Below the pieces are notes generated by a model that was given only the letters and a program-made list of their open reading frames with translations, made no database searches and was not told where the DNA came from. Positions 53,870 through 64,000 of a DNA stretch of 64,000 nt are shown piece after piece. A program made the position numbers and the translations under genes. Within the stretch, counting starts at the first letter, position 1, and every line of letters starts with the position of its first letter. Source of the DNA: Octopus sinensis (Eukaryota); NCBI RefSeq assembly GCF_006345805.1, contig NC_042997.1, positions 64,666,001 through 64,730,000 of the forward strand, in the 5' to 3' direction.

Positions 53870-56289
53870 CACGTGAATATAATAAGAGACCATTTTTCCG
53901 ATAACCTTGATTGCACCAGGCATTTGCGACAACGGAAAAATAAGTGGTCATAATTCAATTGGTTTATGTCACGATAGAAATACGTATAAATCCACTCAGT
54001 TCGATAATGCCGAATTTTAGGTTCAATTATCAAATCTCTTCTTCCATAATGCCATTGTGATTGGAAAGTCACATTCAGATATTGAATACAGCGATTTTGA
54101 CAATCATACAACCCAGAATTTTATTAATTTTGATAGTAACTTAGCGTTGATCTGATGATTGGTAATATTAACGGAAATAAGATCCAATAGATAGACGACT
54201 TACGTGTTATATACATACTTAGGTCAAGGTACAACACTTTCGGTATGCTTCAACATTGGTTATGGGTTACAAATATCAATGGGAACTGGCTTGAAATAAT
54301 GAAATAATCAGTATTTACAGCGGTATCCTACTTAAAACCAGAGTAACTAACTATAGTCAACCTCCTTGCCTTTACAATAACTCTCAGGAGAGAACTTGGA
54401 TTCTACATAAATAAGATTTTTTTTTACGTCGGTGAAAACCTCAAGGACCATTCAATAATCGTTTATATATATTATACCAAAGAGTATGTGGTATATTTTC
54501 ACATCAAACAATAACTGATAAAGCTACAAGATCCCTTTGCAGTTGCTGCAAAACTGTAGTTTCAGCCATTTTAAAAGCATTTTGTTTCAAAGAGAAACCT
54601 ATCTTCGTGTGCGAGCTAAACAAGACAGGCGCCAATTAATGAAACCAAGCAACACACGTAACGTGATCTAGTTATTCCTTATATATTACGATATAAAATT
54701 TTAAGTTACCATTTCCTGAAAGTAATTTACAGACTACCTCTCACGTAATGCAAACTTTAAATTTCATAACAGTCAAAAGTTGATATTAAGCAGTTGAGAT
54801 GAAGAAGCAGAGTCATAATCAGGTGAAGCATGATATACAAATCAGAAATATACACAACCCACGAGATCTGAATTAGTTCCGCGAAAAACAACAATCAACA
54901 TAACGTAACCCGCGATATGTCAAGCACAATTCGAGTAAAGTAAATAAACAAGAAAGAGTATCCCAATGGTAAAATAGTAAGATGCGCTATTTGAATTACT
55001 CATCAGAACTGCAGACAAATATATTTTCCGATTCCAACTGAGAAATTGAAAAAGAAACAAATTAGCCTTTAGGTATTTCATTTAAATCTGTGTGTGTGTG
55101 TGTGTTGCTACAGACATCGCATCAATAAAACAAGAACAAAGCTCTTGATAATGATATCGTTCTAAAGAAAAGGCTAACTTAGCTTACATATATAAATGCA
55201 AGTAGATGATGCTATCAAATAAAAAAAAATTGCTGATAGTGCAAAACTTCAACATGAATACTGTAGAGAATGACTACAAGTTAAAATAAATCGCTTTCTA
55301 AAGCTTTTTTTTTATATATAACACATGTCAGTAGAATCTTTGAACATAAAACAGAATATTAGATTAGAAAAGCAGACGTTTAAAAATAAAACATTACACG
55401 GTATATACATACTGTAATGACAAAGAACAAAAGACGATTCGGCTTAGCAATAATAGAAAGATTTTTATAAGCATAATCTGTCTGCACAATTGTTCATAAA
55501 TAAAGAAAGTAATAAAAATTAAGACAAATATTACTGTTAATTAATAAAATATTTATGACTTTCAAAATGTGATAAATCATCACTTCACCAATGTGATAAA
55601 TGTAATAAATATGATACATAATCTCGTCATCAATACCCACCAGATCCTTCATCTATTGCATTAATTACTGTATCGCTTCCAGTGCCATCAAATCATTTAT
55701 TAATGCCATACTTTTAGAAAGGCTTCACAAATTACACTTGTTATATTACCCCGAAATATTTTCACACATGTATTTCCCTGCCGTTCTGAGATGCCAGGCT
55801 GAATCATTTGTACGCTTATCCTAGTGTTTTTTGCATACATGTACATGAAATGTCCATGCACGCATCGAAATACTGCAACTATCTTGTTGAAGTACCAGAA
55901 ATGATTGTATCTCGTACTTATATTCTACTCACCTACATTTAAAGACAGAATTTTGTAAGATTCACAAATAATAACATAGCTTTCGTACGAATCTGTCTGG
56001 GTGGATAGCAACGTATATTCTCTTTTACTTCAAGGCATATCAACTGTTGATTATTAAGACTGTTTCCCAGTCTCCTTTGATGTTGATAACAACGGCTTCA
56101 AGTTGATTATAAAGTTGATATTAATAATTATTTATACTACTGAGAGAAAGTCTGAAATGTGAGTGGGATGGGACAAGTCGATAACCGCAATTGTAGTATT
56201 TAACTGGTATTAATTTTATTCACTCTCGCAATGTCAAAAGGCAAGTTAACTTCGGAAAAATGTGACCGTTAACAATAATAATAATGATA

Positions 56290-56574
56290 AGAAGAAGAAA
56301 CGAAGAAGAAGAAGAAAAAGAAGAAGAAAAAGAAGAAGAAGAAAAGAAGAAGAAGAAGAAGAAGAAATAGGGGAAGAAGAATAAGATAAAGAAGAAGAAG
56401 AAGAAGAAGAAAGAGGGGAAGAAGAAGAAGATAAAGAAGAAGAAGAAGATGAAGAAGAAAAAAAAGAAAGAGAGGAAGAAGAAGAAGAAGATGAAGAAGA
56501 AGAAGAAGAAGAAAGAGAAGAAGAAGAAGAAGAAGAAGAAGAAGAAGAAGAAGAAGAAGAAGAAGAAGAAGAAC
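56290..56574. repeat. Imperfect (GAA)n polypurine tract
   Basis: Directly visible. It explains the poly-F and poly-L ORFs. Confidence 0.95.
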
Positions 56575-56791
56575 AAGGTCTGGAAATAGCAGTAACTCGA
56601 ATGTGGAGCCTGGAAGCAGAAACAATTTCTACAATAGTCGGCGCATTAGGTATGATATAAAAAAAACAACATTCACAGAACTACATAACCAAAATACCAG
56701 GACTTACAAGTGTATATAACATACAGAAAAAGTACTACTTGGCTTTGCACACATCCTACGTAAAGCACAAGATAGAAATAAGACTACTGAA
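56575..56791 (+). mobile_element. R4/Dong-clade retrotransposon 3' fragment 1 (subfamily A, decayed)
   Basis: LEIAVTRMWSL...IVGALGMI...AHILR. Ends ACTACTGA into (TAA)n. Confidence 0.75.
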
Positions 56792-56793
56792 TG

Positions 56794-56861
<68 letters not shown>

Positions 56862-56889
56862 TAATATTCTTATTATTATTATTCTCATT

Positions 56890-56953
<64 letters not shown>

Positions 56954-56983
56954 TATTATTATTTATTATTATTATTATTATTA

Positions 56984-57330
56984 TTCAGTAGTTTTATTTT
57001 TATAGCGTGCTTTCACTTCACTACCGAGCGCAGCTCTGTGTGCCTTGGGTATGTGCTGTGATTTGTTGTGATGCTCTGATGGTTATTGTATGGAAAGTGT
57101 TCTGCGTAGGATGTGTGCAGTGCCTAGTAGTGCAAATGTGTTTGTAAGTTCTGGTGTTTTTGTTATGTATTTGTCTGAATATTTTTTTATTATGCCTAAT
57201 GCACCTACTATGATAGGAATTGTTTCTGTTTTCAGATTCCACATTCTAGTTACCTCTATTTCCAGGTCTTTGTATTTTGAGAGTTTCTCCATTTCTTTTA
57301 GAGACACGTTCTCATCTGCCGGTATTGATA

Positions 57331-57331
<1 letters not shown>
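56984..57331 (-). mobile_element. R4/Dong-clade 3' fragment 2 (subfamily A, inverted)
   Basis: VSIPADENVSLKEMEKLSKYKDLEIEVTRMW...GTAHILRRTLSIQ* plus complete 3'UTR. (TAA)n on both sides on its own strand. Confidence 0.9.
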
Positions 57332-57394
<63 letters not shown>

Positions 57395-57420
57395 GCAATA
57401 ACAATAATAACAATAATAAT

Positions 57421-57775
57421 TGATATGACTGTCCCAATCGACATAAATGTATCTATCAAGACATACCAAAACTGAGCAAGTATAAAGTTCCTGAAATAGA
57501 AATTAGCAAAATGTAGAACCTGAAGACTAAAACGATACCTGTTGTGATAGTTGCCCTAGGAATGATTGCAAAAGGGGCTGATTGCAAACTAGTTTCCATA
57601 CAAGGAAATCCAAAACGACAGAAATTTTAAAGATACTACTCGTTAGAACTACCCATATCCTACGAAAAACATTATGTAATCTCAAATTTAGAATTTTCTT
57701 TTGTTTTCTAAACATCCTCTAGAACAAAACTATGCGCAAAACCAAATATATGACACTCTATGCATAATACCAACA

Positions 57776-57778
<3 letters not shown>
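57421..57778 (+). mobile_element. R4/Dong-clade 3' fragment 3 (subfamily B, decayed)
   Basis: DMTVPIDINVS...KLSKYK, homologous to 59702-60100. Flanked by (TAA)n. Confidence 0.8.
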
Positions 57779-57817
<39 letters not shown>

Positions 57818-57840
57818 TAATAATAATAATAATAATAATA

Positions 57841-58860
57841 AGGAAGTATTTAAGGAAGCTGACAAATACAAACAAGAAATCATACCACCTAATAAACATG
57901 ATGAAGAAGAAGAAGATGAAGAAACAACAAAAGCTATAAAACAAATGAAATCCAAACTAAAAATAGAACAGCAACGAACCATGATAAAACGATGGCAAGA
58001 AAAGCCCCTTCATGGTAAATACTGGACTAAACTAAACGCAAAAGAAATAGACAAAGAAAAATCCCAGCAATGGTTGAGAAGCTCAGGACTCAAAGCAGAG
58101 AGACAGAGGGATTTTTAATTGCAGCACAAGACCAAAGCCTCCCCACCAGAAATTACCAAAAACATGTAATGAAAAGAAATATTACAAGTAACTGCAGAAT
58201 ATGTGGAGATGGACAAGAAACAATAAATCATATTATCTCTAGCTGCCCAGTCCTGGCTAAGAAGGAATATATTCACAGACATGACAGAGTTGGAACCTAC
58301 ATACATTGGAAGCTATGCCAACATTATGGAATAACAACAGAAAAAAGATGGTATGGGCACACACCGGAAAAGGTCACAGAAAACGAGAAAGCAACCATAC
58401 TCTGGGATATGCCGATACACAGAGATAGAGAAATTAAGGCCAACAGACCAGATATAGTTGTCAGAGATCATGAAGAAAAAAAATGCTTTCTAATTGGTGT
58501 ATCAATACCGGCTGATGACAACGTGTCTCTAAAAGAAATGGAGAAACTCTCAAAATACAAAGACCTGGAAATAGAGGTAACTTGAACGTGGAATCTGAAA
58601 ACAGAAACAATTCCTATCATAGTAGGTGCATTAGGCATGATAAAAAAATATTCAGACAAATACATAACAAAAACACCAGGACTTACAAACACATATAACA
58701 TACAGAAATTGCACTACTAGGCACTGCACACATCCTACGCAGAACACTTTCCATACAATAACCATCAGAGCATCACAACAAATCACAGCACATACCCAAG
58801 GCACACAGAGCTGCGCTCGGTAGTGAAGTGAAAGCACGCTATAAAAATAAAACTACTGAA
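57841..58860 (+). mobile_element. R4/Dong-clade 3' fragment 4 (subfamily A): CCHC knuckle plus restriction-like endonuclease
   Basis: ETEGFLIAAQDQSLPTRNY, CRICGDGQETINHIISSC, RHDRV, NRPDIVVRD..K..KYKDLE. Flanked by (TAA)n. Confidence 0.92.
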
Positions 58861-58871
58861 TAATAATAATG

Positions 58872-58913
<42 letters not shown>

Positions 58914-58915
<2 letters not shown>

Positions 58916-60181
58916 TTGGCCTAGACACCTACCTGAAAAACTCTGAGGACTAATAATTTGATACAATTGGCCTAGACACCTACCTGAAAAACTCTGAGGA
59001 CTGGATGTTAAAACTTGTCTCAAAACATGAAAACAAGAAAGCATCATACTCAGTCACAAAACAGGCAAAGGAATATCTAAGTGAATTCCGAATACAACCA
59101 ATTTCGGAATTAGAGATAGACATACAAGAAACAAGCACAGAAAAAGCTAGGCGCATGAAAACCCGTGCCAAAACTGCGGCCTTAGATATTCTGAATAATA
59201 AATGGCAAGAAAAACCTCTTACGGCAAATACCCAAAGAGAGCGAATAATGCAGATATCGACAAAGCCCTGACCCATCAATGGCTAATGGCCTCTGGCTTA
59301 AAATCTGAAACAGAGGGGTTTATCATAGCAGCTCAAGATCAATGCCTACCAACAAGAAACTACCAGGCCAACATATTAAAGATCAGAAGCAGTCCAACGT
59401 GTCGTGTATGCAAGCAACAAAATGAAACCATTGACCATGTGGTCTCCAAGTGCAGTCTTCTAGCGCCTACAGAGTATCTCAACAGGCACGATAGAGCTGC
59501 ACAATATATTCACTGGGTAATCTGTAAAAACCTGGATTTGCCCCATGAAAAAAACTGGTGGGAACACAAACCACCCCCAGTGCTTGAAAATGACCACATC
59601 TCACTCCTCTGGAACTTCACCATTCAAACTGACAGGAAGATAGATGCAAATAGGCCAGACATCATATTGAAAGACTTCAACAAAGAACATGCCTCCTCAT
59701 TGATATGACTGTCCCAATCGATATAAACGTATCTGTCAGGACCTACCAAAAACTGAGCAAATATAAAGATCTTGAAATAGAAATCAGCAAAATGTGGAAG
59801 CTGAAGACTAAAACAATACCTGTTGTCATAGGTGCCCTGGGAATGATAGCAAAAGGGGCTGATAGCTACCTAACTCAGATACCAGGAAACCCAAAAATGG
59901 CAGAAGTTCAAAAGATAGTGCTCATGGGAACTGCTCATATCCTACGCAAAATGCTCTCTATGTAACCTCAAGGTTTAAAACAACCATAATTTTCGGTTTA
60001 AAAAAAAAAAAAAAACCTTTTTTTTTTTTTTAGACATTCATTAGTACAACATCCCCACCCCCAAATATATGGCACACTAGGCATAACAACAACATGAACT
60101 TCCAACCCTGTTGTCTCTTGAGGTCTCTGGGTGAGACTTGGAGCCAACTTGTACAAATATAAAGCAAAAGTCAAACATAGA
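58914..60181 (+). mobile_element. R4/Dong-clade 3' fragment 5 (subfamily B) with full 3'UTR
   Basis: ETEGFIIAAQDQCLPTRNY, CRVCKQQNETIDHVVSKC, NRPDIILKD, KYKDLEIE. Two frameshifts. (TAA)n on both sides. Confidence 0.92.
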
Positions 60182-60194
60182 ATAATAATAATAA

Positions 60195-60271
<77 letters not shown>

Positions 60272-60284
60272 TGATAATAATAAT

Positions 60285-61438
60285 CTTGGAAGAAGCATGA
60301 ATTACAAGAGATATACCGGAGAACACGTAAATTAATTAATCTGTACAAAGAATTACACCCCAGGTATGATGTGTCAAGATTGTATGTAAAGAGGAGGGAG
60401 AGGGACGGACGGGGAGTAGTGTGTAGTGAACATTGTGTAAGGGAAGAAGAGAATTGCCTGGCTTGGTAGGCCAAGGGGAGTAAAGAAGAAATGATTGAAG
60501 CAGTAAAAACGCAGGGAAACTTGAAAGTGAACAAAACCATAAATCCAATACAATTTAAGAAAGACCGGAGAAAGCAGATGAAGAATTTTTGGCAGGACAA
60601 GAAAATTCACTGTCACTTCTTGAAGAATAAAGATTATATTGATTGGAATATTACCTGGCAATGCCTGCAGAAAGGAGACTTAACAGGGACCACTGAGTCA
60701 TTAGTGTGCATCGCTCATGAACAAGCTCTAAGAACGAACTACTCCAAAAGCACTGACTCGCCACAGTGTACGATGTGCTCTGAGAAGGGAGAAAGTATAA
60801 GCTCTAAGTATATTGTTAGTGTGTGCTGTAAGCTCACACAACGTGAATAAAAAAGGAGGCACGTCAATATGTCCAGATATGTCCACTGGCTGTTGTGCGG
60901 TAAAGCAAACCTCGAGCGAGCCGAACAATGGTATGAATACAAGCCAGAGGGAGTAATGGAAAACGAAAACTAAAAAAATACTCTTGGATTTTAATAAATA
61001 GTGCGAGCAAGTCATAAAGGCGTGACAGCCAGATATAGTGTTCATCCTAAAACATGAAAAAGAAGTGACGCTAATAGATGTTGCAATACCAAGCGATTCG
61101 AAGGTGAAATATTAGGAGAAATACCAGCCCATGTGGGACGAGATATGAAAATTATGGAGCATGAGAAAAGTAATTTTGATACTGGTGGTAATTGGAGTAT
61201 AAGGAGCAGTTTCCAGGAGATTTGAAAAACATATTAAGAATATTGGAGCTACTTCCAGGCTCGAGGTGATCTAGAAGACATCATGTTGGGTACAGCTCGC
61301 TTTCTAAGGAGAGTATCATCCCATTGAGACATAGGATAAGGCACTACTTGAGATCATTGTTGATTTGCTGTTGCCTACTTTCAAGTAAAGAATAACCGGT
61401 AATTGAGGACAATCCTAGAGTCTTCCATAATGATAATA
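60285..61438 (+). mobile_element. R4/Dong-clade 3' fragment 6 (subfamily C, older)
   Basis: RTRKLINLYKELHPRYDVSRLYVKR, ESLVCIAHEQALRTNY, QCTMCSEKGES, PDIVFI..LIDVAIP. Begins at (TAA)n and ends TAATGATAATA. Confidence 0.85.
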
Positions 61439-61780
61439 CACATTGCTTATGCCAAGAAATTTATCCTTTAGAATGAAGTCTGGCCGAGCTTTTGTCAAAT
61501 GGGAACGGGAAAGAGAATGATGCAGAGATTTGAATCTGGTAGGAGACAGAGCAGAAAGAAAATGGGGCACGGTATATATTTTAAATATAGTGGTTTCCAG
61601 TAACATTTCTCTAATAATTTATCGAAAGGAAAGTTAAACAAGATTCATAAAATTCGTGGGAACTGATTATATGTCTCTGCATCAGTCGCAAAATTCGGAA
61701 ATATATATCATATTATATAATGCGTGTGTGAGTGTGTATGTGTATGAGTTTATGTGTATATGTATGCATGATATATATAC

Positions 61781-61821
<41 letters not shown>

Positions 61822-62182
61822 ATAGAGGGCATTATTACACATAAATGCCTCACACTAAGAGGGACAAAGTCATTACTACCAAAATTATACTAATCATACC
61901 TAAATGCAGTTTTTCAAAGCAAGACATTTAAAAAATGAATTTAGTTCTGTATCACCGTGATTTCACATTCAACTTACGTCTTATGATCCTCAGCAGAACT
62001 GATTCTGAACACATCATAAATAAACTACCAACCTTACGTAGCGAAGACGAACAGACAACTGATCACTCCGGCCAAGCACATGGAATGTTTATAAATCATA
62101 TATCCGGTAAATGGCGGGCTTTTTACGAACTGCATGTCGGGTAATAAAAAGTATTTCGGAATAAGTTTAACAATTAAGGATA

Positions 62183-62264
<82 letters not shown>

Positions 62265-62294
62265 TATGTATATGTGTAAGGATATATATGTATA

Positions 62295-62495
62295 TTCTTT
62301 TATTCTTTTACTTGTTTCAATCGTTTGACTGCGGCCATGCTGTAGCACCGCCTGTAGTGAAACAAATCGATCCTACGACTTATTGTTTGCTAGCCTAGTA
62401 CTTATTGTATCGGTCTCTTTTGCTGAACCACTAGATTTGGCGATGTAAACACACGAACATCGTTTTTGAATTGATGGTGGGGGACAAACACCGAC
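62295..62495 (-). mobile_element. SINE-A 3' half
   Basis: TTTTACTTGTTTCAATCGTTTGACTGCGGCCATGCTG tail module. Confidence 0.7.
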
Positions 62496-62553
62496 ACGCA
62501 AATACACACATACACATACATACATACACACACACACGTATATATATATATAA

Positions 62554-62627
<74 letters not shown>

Positions 62628-63124
62628 GAAGTATGAATTGAAGGTACCGCAGAAGTAAAAATATATAACGAAGTGGATTTGAAAATGCTGTGGTCTTTTA
62701 AAGATGTTTATTGACTCGACCGGTTTTACATATTTTCAAAAGTAAAATAGAAGGCTTTGTGTAGACTTTGTGGTGTAAAAATTGGTGAACATATATGTTT
62801 TAAAAACAGTTATACAGTCTTTGACAATGATAGAAAATGTTAAGAAATGGAATCTTTGACTGTGATAAGAAAATGTTACTATTGGCTTTGAGTTTAAACA
62901 GTTTACATAAAAGTCTTTAAAATAGGTAATAAAATAAATTCATAATAATTTGTAAGTTCATCAAAATCATGATTGTATATGAACATATATACAGAAAGAA
63001 TTTGTAAACAGTATTTGATAGGAGAAAAGCGGGTGATGCTTAGTCAAAACTTCATCAGAAATTATATTTAAATATTCATACAGAATTTTAGGGGAATGAC
63101 TAACATCTTTTCATCTCCAGCCCT

Positions 63125-64000
63125 GTAGGTGTGTTTGGCAAGGATGTTTGCTATTTTAGAAATAGTGTGCACGTCTGTGTGTGTATGCGTGTACTTTGTA
63201 TTTGTGAGGGTGCTGGGTGTGCGTGTGTGTGTATGTGTTTGTTTGTGTGTGCATGTGTATGACTTTGTGTGTACGTTTGTATGTTTGTATGTGTTGTGTT
63301 GGTCAGGGTGGTGTGTGCGTGCACGTGAATATATGTATGTGTCTCTCTGTATGTATGTAGTGCTATAATTGCCCGGGTAGTGTGTGTGTATACACGTATG
63401 TGTGAGCGGGAGCAAATATATGTATGTGTGTGAGTGTATATGTGTGTGTGAGTGAGCTGTCAGGGGCTCTGTGTGTTCGTGTGCACGTACTGTGAGTGTC
63501 TGTAATGAGTATGCGTTTGTGTGTGTATATGTGGGTATTGTTGATGTAGTTTTCGGGTGTGTTCGCTATATTTCTTGTGGCGATGTGTATGTGTGTACGT
63601 GTGCTTGCGTGTGTGTGTATGTTATATTTCCGTGTGGGGTGCGCATATGTTTGGGTGTATTTTTGTGAGTGTTTTATTTGTATTGTTTGTGCAGTGTGTG
63701 TGTATATGTGTGAGTGCGTTTGTGTGAGTGTGTCTTGTGTTTGTCAGGGTGGTGTGTGTTATTGTGTGCATGTGTGCTTGCGTGTGTGTATGTGTGCATG
63801 TTTGTGTGTCTGTGAGTGTCTGTTGTGAATTGTGATGTTTGGAATTTATTGCGTGTGTACGTGTGTGCATTTCCTTTGGGTGTATGTTTTTTTACTGGAG
63901 AATGGGCATATTGTGTTTGTATGTGTGTATATATGCATGCGTGTGGGGTGGGTTATTTTGTATTTGTGTGTGTTTGTTGTGTATCTGTGTATGTGTGGGT
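63125..64000. repeat. Degenerate (GT)-rich low-complexity tract running to the window end
   Basis: Strongly G/T-biased imperfect dinucleotide repeats. Confidence 0.9.

Noticed and set aside
55700-56090. Sushi/CCP-like Cys-Trp pattern on the minus strand
   Set aside because: It requires several frameshifts and the Cys spacing is too long, so it is probably pattern over-reading.
62712-62745. Hammerhead-like ACCGGTC palindrome (also similar traces near 21350 and 29890)
   Set aside because: Catalytic core nucleotides are missing. At most these are eroded PLE ends.

Overview
AT-rich, microsatellite-dense animal genomic DNA. It is probably cephalopod/octopus, which I infer from the tRNA-derived SINE families and TE mix and have not verified. 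No intact host gene can be confidently identified, and most ORF-track entries are microsatellite or antisense-TE artefacts. The window is a mosaic of transposon relics: (i) a ~4.5-kb tandem duplication (2250-11339), each unit carrying a Penelope-like pLTR with a well-formed type I hammerhead ribozyme (unusually long stem II), two 5'-truncated L1/Tx1-clade LINE insertions in one (GATA)n array, and a Penelope RT fragment; (ii) further Penelope remnants with decayed hammerheads; (iii) one mariner, one Tc1 and two maT-like DNA transposon relics; (iv) about 20 SINE copies of four or more families, one sharing its 3' tail with the Tx1 LINE; (v) a nest of six R4/Dong-clade retrotransposon 3' fragments, all in (TAA)n arrays (56575-61438). 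The most interesting signals are the apparent (GATA)n-targeting Tx1 family, the long-stem hammerhead pair, and the Tx1/SINE shared tail.
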